In this document: positions 37,786-51,167 of the stretch, one piece after another | Layout of the letters: every line of letters starts with the position of its first letter | How positions within the stretch are numbered: position 1 is the first letter of the stretch | Origin: Mizuhopecten yessoensis | Taxonomy: Eukaryota | Assembly: GCF_002113885.1 (NCBI RefSeq) | Contig: NW_018407364.1 | Span: 555,224-619,223, forward strand | DNA: 64,000 nt | Direction: 5' to 3' | Notes under the pieces: model-generated | What the model was told of the DNA's origin: nothing | Databases searched by the model: none | The model's input: only the letters and a program-made list of their open reading frames with translations | Translations under genes and position numbers: made by a program

Positions 37786-37945
37786 CACATAGACCTAGGA
37801 ATTTGTTACAGAATAGCTATATTTGGACCTTAACTGATGTGTTCAAAGAAAAATTACACTCTTTAAGTAACATGACACTGTACTATGAATATATAAGTTT
37901 AGGTCCCAAAATAGCTACGCTGTAACAAACTATCAGGTCCATGTG
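37786..37945. mobile_element. Internally deleted MITE, CACAGGGACCTGA-TIR family
   Basis: CACATAGACCTAGGAATTTGTTACAG...CTGTAACAAACTATCAGGTCCATGTG. Confidence 0.7.
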
Positions 37946-39155
37946 GCAAATGTAAATAAAAGACGAATGTGTTTACAGGAGTTATATATAGTAATTAATA
38001 CACTGACTACCGCACAGAGACGTAGTGAGTATTGAAATCTGGGATAACTTAATGTAATATACAAAAGAATTATTGGAATAAAGCCATGATGTTGGATAGT
38101 TATGCAAATCTAGGATGAAACAATATTTTGACAATATTTCTCTGATGAGTACGTAGTATAAATAAATGGGCAGTCAGAGCATCATAACATGTCTCGGCTA
38201 AACGTTAACGATATAGATAATTATCCGTACCGTAATCATACATACAGGTTGATTAGTGTAGTAGAAAGGTAATTAATTAGGGCGATACTGTACCTGTGTA
38301 GACGCTGACAGAGGGCCTAAAGCAGATATAAACGTCAATTATGTATATGCTTTACTTGTTAATGCAAAAAGATATAGCAATCAAAACCGAATAAAAACGT
38401 CAAACAAGATTGATAAAATTCACTGGGAGCGATATGAAAACCACAAACAAGGTCTTTGTAGCTCGCTACAGAGAGCTTCCTCGTTATTTGTAAATGATAA
38501 AAAAACGAGTTTAAAGCTTATTTCACATAAGGTATTATTTCCTTTTTACATTGTACTATATGGGTTGTTTATCAAACATGTCGACTAAATAACAATACTG
38601 CAAACATTATTTCAAGCGTTTATTTTCCGCAATGAAATGTCGGTGGCTGACGAACTGGAGGTCAGTGAAGCGGAAGCATAATGAGGTCATTACGACATAA
38701 AGTAGTTCCCTTTCAAGCCTAGAGAGTTGGCGACATTAAAACTGAAAGTGATTTGACTACACTGTGTAGCTTGTATTTACTGGTATATCACAGGGTGCGC
38801 TACACATGTGAATTTTAATAATAACTATCGGTATAGGACCACCTTGAAAACCTATACCAAATGTACATTTCATTTTCATCGTTATGCTTCTTTGCCTTTT
38901 GTTTGAAATTCTATATATTTAAAGAAATGTTAACCCCGAACTTTAAACTCAGTTACGAAACCAAAGTGTAGGAACGTTAACGCGACTGTCAAACTAAAAC
39001 CCGGAAGCTGGACTTGTTTATAGTTTAATAATGAACATTACACGTCAAGCTACGCTACACGTATCTTAAAGATTAAAGTCATTTTTTCATTATCTGTCAC
39101 GTGTCATACATATATATATATGTTCTGTTGTTGTCCTGTCAACATAAATAAACAG

Positions 39156-39196
39156 TTTCCCTGATGAACTTATAAAGAGGTGAAAGCGCTAGGAAG
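39156..39196 (+). ncRNA. Minimal type I hammerhead ribozyme motif (Penelope-like element type)
   Basis: TTTCC CTGATGA ACTT ATAAAG AGGT GAAA GCGC TA GGAAG: stem I 5 bp, stem II 4 bp, intact core, palindromic AGCGCT stem III, CUA cleavage triplet. Confidence 0.6.
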
Positions 39197-39849
39197 GTAT
39201 TAAGAAACTCTTGTCATTTGTTTTTTTTTATACATGTATATATATAAAGACAAAATTTTAACAACACGTCTTTAGCGCTTTCATCTCATCTTATATTTTT
39301 TGTAGATATTTTCTTATTTAATTAGTGCTACTATATCTCTGCTAGCAATTTTTCACTATTTGATTAAAATAATTCGTTTGAATTGTACTCTCGCCAAGAA
39401 ATCATTGTGTAATATGTGCTCAGTACAGAATGTATGTAGGTATTGTGCGATGAAGGAAGTTCTTTATCGCTAACTACTTCAAATTCATTTGTTCATAACA
39501 GAATACTGAAGTGTCAAAGAAAATGACGTTGACTGAGATTGTGTGTTGTATGCTGCGTGGCTTTAGCTTTACACTATATAGTATAACATTACTAAGCCGG
39601 TGTCGCTCACAAAAATATCGATTGATTGTGTACGTGTAAATAACTCACATTCCCCATTATACTCGGATTATCGACTACATGTTGACAGGATCACCGCTAA
39701 ATGTTACATCCGCGTTGGTGCAGATTTCAATGTAAAAATATGTTCACTGGATTTTTTGCATTTTGTAAAATAAAAACACTGCCCAGTTAAGACAGTATCG
39801 TTTGATGATAGTCGTATAAACTAGAGATTAAAAGAGTAAAGAGCTGCAA

Positions 39850-42800
39850 GCTGAACAGAAACGAGAACATCCTTAGACAACACTCAAAAACCGCATTAAA
39901 TGTGCGAGATTACCTACCATACACAAACAAAATTAACCGTGTAAGATTAGCTAGCATACACTGACAACATTCACCGTGTAATATTACCTACCATACACTG
40001 ACAAAATTAACCGTGTAATATTAGCTTGCATACACTGACCACACCAATGTGATATTAGCTAACATACACTGACCACACCAGGTGTGTGAGATTAGCTAGC
40101 ATACACTGACCACACCAGGTATGTGATATTAGCTAACATACACTGACCACACCAGGTGTGTGAGATTAGCTAACATACACTGACCACGCCAGGTGTGTGA
40201 GATTAACTACTATACCCTGACTAAATCAGGTGTGTGAGATTAGCTACCATACACTGACCAAATCAGGTGTGTGAGATTAGCTAGCATACACTGACCACAC
40301 CAGGTGTGTGAGATTAACTACTATACCCTGCCTAAATCAGGTGTGTGAGATTAGCTACCATACACTGACCACATCAGGTGTGTGAGAGTATACCCTGACT
40401 AAATCAGGTGTGCGAGATTAGCTAGCATACACTGACCACATCAGGTATGTGATATTAGCTAACATACACTGACCACACCAGGTGTGTGAGATTAGATAAC
40501 ATACACTGACCAAATCAGGTGTGTGATATAAGCTAGCATACACTGACCAAATCAGGTGTGTGAGATTAGCTACCATACACTGACCAAAGCAGGTGTGTGA
40601 GATTAGCTAGCATACACTGACCACATCAGGTGTGTGAGATTAGCTAACATACACTGACCACACCAGGTGTGTGAGATTAACTACTATACCCTGACTAAAT
40701 CAGGTGTGTGAGATTAGCTACCATACACTGACCAAATCAGGTGTGTGAGATTAGCTAGTATACCCTGACTAAATCAGGTGTGCGAGATTAGCTAGCATAC
40801 ACTGACCACATCAGGTGTGTGAGATTAGCTAACATACACTGACCACATCAGGTGTAAGACTAGCCAGCATACACTGACCACACCAGGGGTGTGAGATTAG
40901 CTAACATACACTGACCACATCAGGTGAGTGAGACTAGCTAGCATACACTGTCCAAATCAGGTGTGTGAGACTAGCTAGCATACACTGACCACATCAGGTG
41001 TGTGAGATAAGCTAGCATACACTGACCACATCAGGTGTGTGGGATAAACTAGCATACACTGACAACACCAGGTGTGTGAGATTAACTAACATACATTGAC
41101 CACATCAGGTGAGTGAGATTAGCTACCATACACTGACCACACCAGGTGTGTGAGATTAGCTAACATACACTGACCACATCAGGTGAGTGAGATTAGCTAG
41201 CATACACAAACCGCATCAGGTGTGTGAGATTAACTAGCATACACAAACCACACCAGGTGAGTGAGATTAGCTAGCATACACTGACCACATCAGGTGTGTG
41301 AAATAAGCTAGCATACACTGACCACATCCGGTGTGTGAGATTAGCTAGCATAAACAAACCACATTAGGTGTGTGAGACTAGCGAGCATGCACTGACCACA
41401 TCAGGTGTGTGAAATAAGCTAGCATACACTGACCACATCAGGTGTGTGAGATAAGCTAGCATACACTGACCACCCCAGGTGTTTGAGATTAGCTAGCATA
41501 CACTGACCACATCAAGTGTGTGAGATTAGCTAACATACACTGACAACATCAAGTGTTTGAGATACGCTAGCATACACTTACCACATCAAGTGTTTAAGAT
41601 ACGTTAGCATACACTGACCACATCAGGTGTGTGAGATACGCTAGCAAACACTGACCACATCAATTGTTTGAGATACGTTAGCATACACTGACCACATCAA
41701 GTGTTTGAGATACGCTATTATACACTGACCACATCAAGTGTTTGAGATACGCTAGCATACACGGACCACATCAGGTGTGTGAGATACACTAGCATACACT
41801 GACCACATCAAGTGTTTGAGATACGTTAGCATACACTGACCACATCAGGTGTGTGAGATAAGCTAGCATACACTGAGCACATCAGGGGTTTGAGATACGT
41901 TAACATACACTGACCAAATCAGGTGTGTGAGACTAGCATACCCTGACTAAATCATGTGTTTCAGATAAGCTAACATACACTGACCACACCAGATATACAC
42001 TGACCACATTAGGTGTGTGAGACTAGCTAGCATACACAAACCACACCAGGTAAGTGAGATTAGCTAAGACTAGCCAGCATACACTGACCACCCCAGGTGT
42101 TTGAGATTAGCTAGCATACACTGACCACATCAGGTGTGTGAGATAAGCTAGCATATACTAACCACATCAGGTGTGTGAGATAAGCTAGCATACACTGACC
42201 ACATCAGGTGTTTGAGATACGTTAGCATACACTGACCACATCAGGTGAGTGAGATAAGCTAGCATATACTGACCACATCAGGTGTTTGAGATACGTTAGC
42301 ATACACTGACCACATCAGGTGTGTGAGATAAGCTAGCATATACTAACCACATCAGGTGTGTGAGATAAGCTAGCATATACTGACCACATCCAGTGTTTGA
42401 GATACGTTAGCATACACTGACCACATCAGGGGTGTGAGATAATTATCTAGCATACACTGATCACATCAGGTGTGTGAGATAAGCTAGCATACACTGACCA
42501 CATCAGGTGTGTGAGATAAGCTAGCATACACAGACCACATCAGGTGTGTGAGATAAGCTAGCGTATACTAACCACATCAGGCTGAACAGAAATGAGAGCA
42601 TCATTAGAAAATACTAAAAAAACGCATTAAATGTGCGAGATTACATACCATACACTGACAAAATTAACTGTGTAAGATAAGCTAGCATACACTGACCACA
42701 CCAGGTGTGTGTGATAAGCTAGCATACACTGACCACACCAGGTGTGTGAGAATAGCTAACATACATTGACCACATCAGGTGTATGAGATTAGCTAGGTTA

Positions 42801-45800
42801 CACTGACAACAACAGGTGTGTGAGATTAGCTAACATACACTGACCATATCAGGTGTGAGACTAGCCAGCATACACTGACCACATCAGGTGTGGGACTTGC
42901 CAGCATACACTGACCACATCAGGTGTGAGACTAGCCAGCATACACTGACTACATACACTGACCACACCAGGGGTGTGAGATTAGCCAGCATAAACTGACC
43001 ACATCAAGTGTGAGACTAGCCAGCTTACACTGACCACATCAGATGTCGGACTTGCCAGCACACACTGACCTCACCAGGTGTGTGAGATAAGCTAACATAC
43101 AACCACATCAGGTGTGTGATATTAGCTAACATACACTGCCCACATCAGGTGTGAGACTATCCAGCATACACTGACCATCAGGTGTTTGAGATTAGGCTTC
43201 ATACACAAACCACACCAGGTGAGTGAGATTGGCTAGCATACACAAACCACACTATTATACACTGACCACATCACGTGTAAGACTAGCCAGCATACACGGT
43301 GTGTGAGATTAGCTGGCATACACAAACCACACTATTATACACTGACCACCCCAGGTGTTTGAGATTAGCTAACATACACGGACCACATCAGGTGTATGAG
43401 ATTAGCTAGCATATACAGACCACATTAGGTATGTGACACTAGCTAGCATACACTGTCCAAATCAGGTGTGTGAGAAGTGGTTGAGATACGCTATTATACA
43501 CTGACCACATCACGTGTAAGACTAGCCAGCATACACGGTGTGTGAGATTAGCTTACATACACTGACCACACCATGTGTATGAGATTAGCTAACATACACT
43601 GACCACACCTGGTGTGTGAGATTAGCTGGCATACACAAACCACACTATTATACACTGACCACCCCAGTTGTTTGAGATTAGCTAGCATATACAGACCACA
43701 TTAGGTATGTGAGACTAGCTAGCAGACACAACCCACATCAGGTGTGTGATATTAGCAAGCATATACAAACCACACCAGTTGAGTCAGATTTGCTCGCATA
43801 CACAAACCACCCCAGGTGAGTGAGATTAGCTTACATGCACTGACCACATCAGGTTTAAGACTAGCCAGCATACCCTGACCCCACCAGGTGTGTGAGATAA
43901 GCTAGCATATACTAACTACATCAGGTGTGTCAGATTAGCTAGCATACAAGCATATACTAACCACATCAGGCTGAACAGAAATGAGAGCATCATTAGAAAA
44001 TACTAAAAAAACGCATTAAATGTGCGACATTACCTACCATACACTGACAAAATTAACTGTGTAAGACAAGCTAGCATACACTGACTAAATCAGGTGTTTC
44101 AGATAAGCTATACACTGACCACATCAGATGTGGGACTTGCCAGCATACGACCACATCAGGTGTGTGATATTAGCTAGCATACACTGATCGCATCAGGTGT
44201 GTGGTATTAGCTAGCATACAGTGACCACATCAGGTGTAAGACTAGCTAGCATACACAAACCACATTAGGTGAGTGAGACTAGCTAGCATGCACTGACCGC
44301 ATCAGGTGTATGAGATTAGTTAGCATACACTGACCACCAGGTGTGTGAGATAAGCTAATATACACTGACCACATCAGGCGTGTGAGAATAGCTAGCTACC
44401 ACTGACCACATCAGGGCATTGAGGTTAACTAGCATCCCCTGACTAAATCATGTGTTAGCATACACTGACCACAGCAGGTGTGTGAGATTAGTGAACATAC
44501 ACTGTCCACATCAGGTGTGAGTAACATACATTGACCACATCAGGTGTTTGAGATACGTTAGCATACAGTGACCACATCAGGTGTATGAGGTTAGCTAGCA
44601 TACACTGACCGCACCGGGTGTGTGGGACTTGCCAGCATACACAGACCACATCAGGTGTGAGGTGTGTGAGATTAACTAGCATACACAAACCACATCAGGC
44701 GTGTGATATTAGCTAGCATATACAGACCACATTAGGTATGTGACACTAGCTAGCATACACTGGCCACTTCAGATGTGTGAGATAAGCTAGCATACACCTG
44801 GTGTGGTCAGTGCATGGTAGCTAATCTCACTCACAGTGTATGTTTATCATTTTAGACAGTTTATGTTAGCTAATATAACACATCTGGTGTGGTCAGTAAA
44901 TGTTAGCTTATCTGAAACCCATGATTTAGTCAGGGTATACTAGCTTGTCTCACTCACCTAATGTGGTTTGTGTATGCAGACGCATACACTGACAACACCA
45001 GGTGTGTGAGATTCGCTAACATACACTGACCTCATCAGGTGTGAGACTATCCAGCATACACTGACCATCAGGTGTTTGAGATTAGCTAGCATACAAGCAT
45101 ATACTAACCACATCAGGCTGAACAGAAATGAGAGCATCATTAGAAAATACTAAAAAAACGCATTAAATGTGCGACATTACCTACCATACACTGACAAAAT
45201 TAACTGTGTAAGACAAGCTAGCATACACTGACCGCACCGGGTGTGTGGGACTTGCCAGCACTAACCACATCAGGTGCGAGAATAGCCAGCATAGACTGAC
45301 CACATCAGGTGGATGAGATTAGCTAGCATAAACAAACCACACCAGGTGAGTGAGATTAATGTGCGAGATTACATACCATACACTTACAAAATTAACTGTG
45401 TAAGATAAGCTAGCATACACCTGGTGTGGTCAGTGCATGGTAGCTAATCTCACACACCCGGCGTGGTCAGTGTATGTTATATTATCTGAAACACATGATT
45501 TATTCAGGGTATGCTAGTTAACCTCAACCCCCTGATGTGGTCAGTGTACGCTAGCTTATCTCACACATCTGAAGTGGCCAGTGTATGCTAGCTAGTCTCC
45601 CAACCTGATGTGGTTTGTGTTTGCAGACTAATCTCACACACTTTATGTGGTCAATGTTTGCTCGCTAATTTCACCCACCTGAGGTGTTCAGTGGTTGCTA
45701 GCTATTCTCACACGCCTGATGTGGCCAGTGTTTGCTAGCTAGTCTCACAACCTGATGGGGTTTGGTGATGCACACTAATCTCAGACACCTGATGTGGTGA

Positions 45801-47446
45801 GTGTATGCTGGCAAGTCTCACACCTGATGTGTTCAGTGTATGTTAGCTAGTCTCACACACCGAATGTGGTCAGTGTATGCCAGCTAGCCTCACAACTTGA
45901 TGTGGTTTGTGTATTCAGACTAATCGCACACACCTGATGTGGCCAGTGTTTGCTAGCTAGTCTCACACACCGAATGTGGTCAGTGTATGCCAGCTAGCCT
46001 CACAACTTGATGTGGTTTGTGTATGCAGACGCATACACTGACAACACAAGGTGTGTGGGACTTGCCAGCATACCCTGACCCCATCAGGTGTAAGACTAGC
46101 TAGCATACACGGATCACATGAGGTGTGTGGTATTAGCTAGCATACAGTGACCACATCAGGTGTAAGATTAGCCAGCATAACCTGACCACATCAGGGGTTT
46201 GAGGTTAACTAGCATCCCCTGACTAAATCATGTGTTAGCATACACTGACCACCCCAGGTGTTTGAGATTAGCTAGCATACAGACACCACATTAGGAGTGT
46301 GAGACTAGCTAGCAACCACTGAACACCTCAGGTGGGTGAAATTAGCGAGCAAACATTGACCACATCACGTGTGTGAGATTAGTATGCATACACAAACCAG
46401 ATTACGTGGGTGAGACGAGCTAGCATACACAAACTACATCAGGTGTGTCAGATTAGCTAGCATACAAGCATATACTAACCACATCAGGCTGAACAGAAAT
46501 GAGAGCATCATTAGAAAATACTAAAAAAACGCATTAAATGTGCGAGATTACATACCATACACTTACAAAATTAACTGTGTAAGATAAGCTAGCATACACC
46601 TGGTGTGGTCAGTGTAATATTTGCTTGCATACACTGACCACACCTGGTGTGTGAGATTAGCTTACATACACTGACCCCATCAGATGTGGGACTTGCCAGC
46701 ACTAACCACATCAGGTGGCTGAGACTAGCTAGCATACACAAACTACATCAGGTGTGTCAGATTAGCTAGCATACACTGACCATATCAGTTGAGTGAGATT
46801 AGCTAGCATACACTGACCACATCAGGTGTGTGATATTAGCTAGCATATACAAACCACATTAGGTATGTGAGACTAGCTAGCATACACTAACCACATCAGG
46901 TGTGTGAGATTAGCTAGCATACACAAACCACACCAGGAGCGTGAGATTAACTAGCATAGACTGACCACATCAGGCGTGTGAGATTAGCTAGCATGAGATT
47001 CGCTAACATACACTGACCACACCAGATGTGTGATATTAGCTAAAATAAACTGTCCAAAATGATGAACATACACTGTCCACATCAGGCGTGTGAGATTAGC
47101 TAGAATACACAAACCACACCAGTTGAGTGAGATTAGCCAGCATACACTGACCATATCAGTTGAGTGAGATTTGCTAGCATACACTGACCACATCAGGTGT
47201 GTGAGATTAGCTAGCATACACTGACCATATCAGTTGAGTGAGATTAGCTAGCATACACTGACCACATCAGTTGAGTGAGATTAGCTAGCATACACAAACC
47301 ACACCAGTTGAGTGATATTAGCTAGCATACACAAACCACACCAGGTGTGTGAGATTAACTAGCATACACTGACCACATCAGGTGTGTGAGATTAGCTAGC
47401 ATACACAAACCACACCAGGTAAGTGAGATTAGCTAGCATACACTGA
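39850..47446. repeat. 37-bp satellite array (GCATACACTGACCACATCAGGTGTGTGAGATTAGCTA), ~7.6 kb, with recurrent header segments and internal inversions
   Basis: Direct reading; header at 39850, 42581, 43970, 45117, 46488; inverted blocks ~44794-44977, ~45417-46026, ~46596-46616. Confidence 0.96.
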
Positions 47447-47511
47447 TGACTTTTTTCCGCCAGAATTTAAAGTAGCGTTTAGCCTTGGTGTTTGACGGTT
47501 GCCCTACAACC

Positions 47512-47588
47512 CCATCCTCGATATCCACGGGTTACGGTCACTTTCGGTCTCCAGCGAAAGTGAGCGTAACTCCTGGATATCGAGACTG
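47512..47588. mobile_element. Short copy of the hAT-like MITE family
   Basis: CATCCTCGATATCCACGGGTTACGG...GCGTAACTCCTGGATATCGAGACTG; flanks CTACAACC / CTGCAACC. Confidence 0.75.
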
Positions 47589-47926
47589 CTGCAACCGTCT
47601 GATAAGATGTATTTTTAGCTACGGTATATTTTAAGAGAGTGTAAATAAAATATGACATGGCAATACAATTTTTAATACAATTAAAATATCTTTTCATTGC
47701 CCATAACAACTATAGACCCTTCTGAAACAAAACTGAATTTAGCGTATATTACCTTTATACCTCTATTACTATCAATATGCCGAAAATTAGCGCAGGAACA
47801 CATTCAATAAAATTTATTTTAGCCAGTAAAGTTAGTATACGTCGCTTGTCTAAAAACTATTTCCAGACTATTTTACTGACCAGTGTTTGTATCTTTAGAA
47901 CGATTCGTACTTCACTTACTTAATGT

Positions 47927-48463
47927 TTAGTTTAAACATACTTGATTGCCAAAATAGTGACAACAGGATTGGGCACAAGTTATAACAACATTATTTATGC
48001 CCTTTCCTCAAATATATACATCAGATTTACAAACATGGCACAACTGGGTATCAAATAATATGTATAATAGTAGCATTACAACAACAGAAACAAAAAGAGA
48101 AAGAACAACATTGAACAGTCTCACAAATTGAGTATAGAAATAATTATAAAACGCCTTACGAATTAAAACATACCGCCGGTCTTTATGAAGTTTTGCACGT
48201 TACGAAAAATATCATTATTTTGTTGGGAAGACAGATCCGGAATACCAGATAACAATATATCTAAGGAGATTTCATTAACAAAATTTAGATTTTGAAACAA
48301 TTCAAACCTCTGGTGTGTATAAACTGGACATTCACATGGAGATTCACAGACACAGGCGGGACTAACTACGATGTTGACTCTAAATAAATCATAATTTAGG
48401 GAACTGCAGCTGTACCTTCATTAAGTGTGAATGATATTTAGTTTTCGTTCACCATAACCAAAA
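47927..48463 (-). mobile_element. 5'-truncated CR1-group LINE relic (ORF2 C-terminus plus 3' UTR) with 10-bp TSD
   Basis: Minus-strand translation FGYGERKLNIIHT**RYSCSSLNYDLFRVNIVVSPACVCESPCECPVYTHQRFELF...LLSG...NNDIFRNVQNFIKTGGMF* (stop 48163-48165) fits the Cys-containing C-terminus of CR1/L2-group ORF2; TSD TACTTAATGT at 47917-47926 and 48464-48473. Confidence 0.85.
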
Positions 48464-48820
48464 TACTTAATGTACAAGGACTGCCTGCGATTGTAATTAT
48501 CAACAAATTACAGCTAATTACATTTGTTGAGGTCCACAGGGAGAAAATTAATGCATAGTTAGCATGACATTTTACAAGTATACAGATGACCTGATATTTA
48601 AATACGTGCTAAGCTGACCCTACAAAATCGGTGCAACATCAGCGGGGAAATATCATGGCTTGCAGTTATTAATTGAATGTGAATTACAGTGTATATTTGT
48701 TTCGGAAACGTGATTTCCATGATTGGGAGTGACCTTAATTAAGGTTTGAAATGCATCTTTTTAACCTTTTATGACGGTGTATGCAACACAGTTCCGTTCA
48801 AACATATTCCATTATAACAC

Positions 48821-49042
48821 TGGGTTCGGTCCTAAATTCGGAATCCAAAAGACTAATCTTTTTGGAATTTCACAAGTTAATAGACTGTAATATTCTAATG
48901 TGCAATAGAAGGTTAAAAAAGTTTTAAAGGTCAAAGTCAAGGATAAGTTACTAAAAATAAACCGTTCGGGCACGGTCAGGTACATGGGCGTCGATTCCCA
49001 AAAGTTTGGGGACTTCTGGTTTTTACCTCGTTTCTTCTTGTT
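48821..49042 (+). mobile_element. Truncated copy of the Helentron-like element at 49320
   Basis: TTCGGAATCCAAAAGACTAATCTTTTTG...AATAAACCGTTCGGGCACGGTCAG...TTCTTGTT matches 49485-49682. Confidence 0.6.
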
Positions 49043-49319
49043 ACGTACCATCATAGATGTTAAAATGAAGTCTTTATATTAGTATATGAATTTGCAAACA
49101 AAACACCAAAGAAATTATTTAATTTAAATAAGCTATGTTACCTAATTGTCAAACAGTCCGTTTTGCTCGAACAAGGTTCTATTTTCTAAGGTTATCGCCT
49201 TTTTTGGGCGACAATTGTGATTCCAAAAACATTCGGAAATTTCCGTCGCAGATTTGACGTCACGTCTTGACTTAAAGACCCGAACAGGTTCCCATTGGAA
49301 AAGGCGGCTCTGCATCGGA

Positions 49320-49682
49320 GAAGGGGATTCCCTGTAGTAATCACGGTGTCCATCCGTCTGTCCTTTCGTCCACACTTTCGTTTCCAGATATATTATCAGA
49401 ATCCCATAGACTAATCTTTTTGATATTTGACATGTTGATAGTTTAAAACATTCCTAAGGTCACTGTTACTAAAATCAAAGCAATGGATACGGTCTTGATT
49501 TCGGAATCCAAAAGACGAATCTTTTTGAAACTTTACATGTTGATAGACTATAATATTTAGATATGCAATAGAGATTTAAAATGTTTCTGAGGTCAAAGCC
49601 AAGTTACCAAGAATAAACCGTTTGGGCACGGTCAGACACATGGCGGGGCCCTTGCTGACCTGACCGTTTTCTTATTCTTGTT
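49320..49682 (+). mobile_element. Non-autonomous Helentron-like (HINE/DINE-1-type) element
   Basis: GTCC/GTCT microsatellite near the 5' end (49348-49371), internal subrepeats, 3' end TTCTTGTT. Confidence 0.55.
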
Positions 49683-50203
49683 AATTGGGGAATTTTATTT
49701 TTCTTCTTCTTCATCATCTTCTTCTCCCCTCCCGGCAGTTTCTCAAAATTAAATGAAACTTGGCATTAATATTGGTTGGCATATGTAGATATTTAAAACA
49801 CATTCGTTTTGGGCACTGCGCATCCAAGATCGCTGCGGCGGCCGCTGATTGGTCGAAACTTATATATTAACCGATTTCGCTCAAATTTGGTATGTATGTT
49901 TATTATAACATTACGAACAGTACGGTGGTTTTTGGGGACTTCTGTTCGAACCCCGTTACAATTAATTTGAACTTGTTGTTATGCCGGACTTTTATCTAAT
50001 GGCTGAAAAACAGACATGTAATGTATGAGCATATAGATATAAGAGATAACCTCCAAAGGGAAACAGGTTTGTGTGATTTAATCTAAAAATCGAAGTACAA
50101 TGTGATTGTCACTGTGTGCTTTATAAATGAATCATGTGAGTTCTTAGAACCATCAATGGAATACCAGGAATCGACCATTTTGTTTATTAGTGTCTATTGA
50201 TAT

Positions 50204-50266
50204 CAATCGGGGAATCGTCGGCACTTTCCTTTCTCGTTTACGGAAAGTGCCGACGGTTCCCGATCG
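50204..50266. mobile_element. Tiny palindromic MITE, CAATCGGGAAC-TIR family
   Basis: Inverted termini; flanks TATTGATAT / TACTGGTAT. Confidence 0.75.
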
Positions 50267-50545
50267 TACTGGTATTTGTTTTGGGATGTACACCGGTTTC
50301 TGGAATAAAAGTTGGAAGAAGAATCCATTTCAAGAACTGTAAGTCCTGTTTTTCATTTTCTCACTTTTTTCAATACACTGCAAGCAAAATTATCTATGTT
50401 TGTATAATATGTTATTGGTACCGAGACCTGAGACACTTTGAGTTAGCAATAACTTTATTCATGTGGGTACATAGTGAGTTGAGAAACTACTAGGCCCAGT
50501 TTTAGTGACTTTGTTTCCTGCACAACAAGATAAAATTACGTTCTA

Positions 50546-50604
50546 ACTTCCGGAAAAGCTCAAGGCTGACTTCCGGAAAGCCGAGTGGCTCTTGAAAGCC
50601 GGAA
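50546..50604. promoter_or_regulatory. Cluster of ETS-type motifs; candidate promoter of the SAM-domain gene
   Basis: ACTTCCGGAA at 50546 and 50569, CCGGAA at 50599, in a locally GC/CpG-rich patch; possible donor AAG|GTTTGA at 50763. Confidence 0.4.
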
Positions 50605-51167
50605 CCTAGCCCGGCCAACCAGGGTCTTTTGGGAGCGTTCTCCAGCACACTAGATATATATTCTAAATTCGAGATAGAAAGTTAAGCGCATTTTCATTGG
50701 AAATAGAAGATGTTAACATCTTATCTCCACGAAATTCCAAAGCAGACACATCCCATCACAAGGTTTGATTTGCTTGTACATTCCCGTATTCCGGTTCAAA
50801 GACTGTGTTGTACCGATTTGAATATTTGATAATCATGAAAGTATGCCTGCTACACTTCTTAAACTCAAGTACATTTGTCATCATTTATTATTAAATATTT
50901 GGAGAAGTTGTAGGTATATGGTGAATAAGGTGTATTATATGGATATACAAAAACATTGTTTGTTTGTTTGTTTATTTGTGTGTTTGTTTGCATGGGGGTT
51001 GACGTCATCGCGACATCCAAAGTCATAGGAAGAAGTGTGCCTGGGTAGGCACCACCGAAAAGAAAGGCCGGATAGGTGAGAAAAGAAAAGGTGAAGATTT
51101 TTAATGTTGAATTGGGGCGGCAAATCTTGGTTTCTTCAAGGGCCTAAGCAGAAGACACATCACAAGA

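Noticed and set aside
39850-47446. CRISPR-like periodicity (28-37-bp repeats with a leader-like header); same for the other arrays
   Set aside because: Units are head-to-tail with no unique spacers, no cas genes, and the context is eukaryotic.
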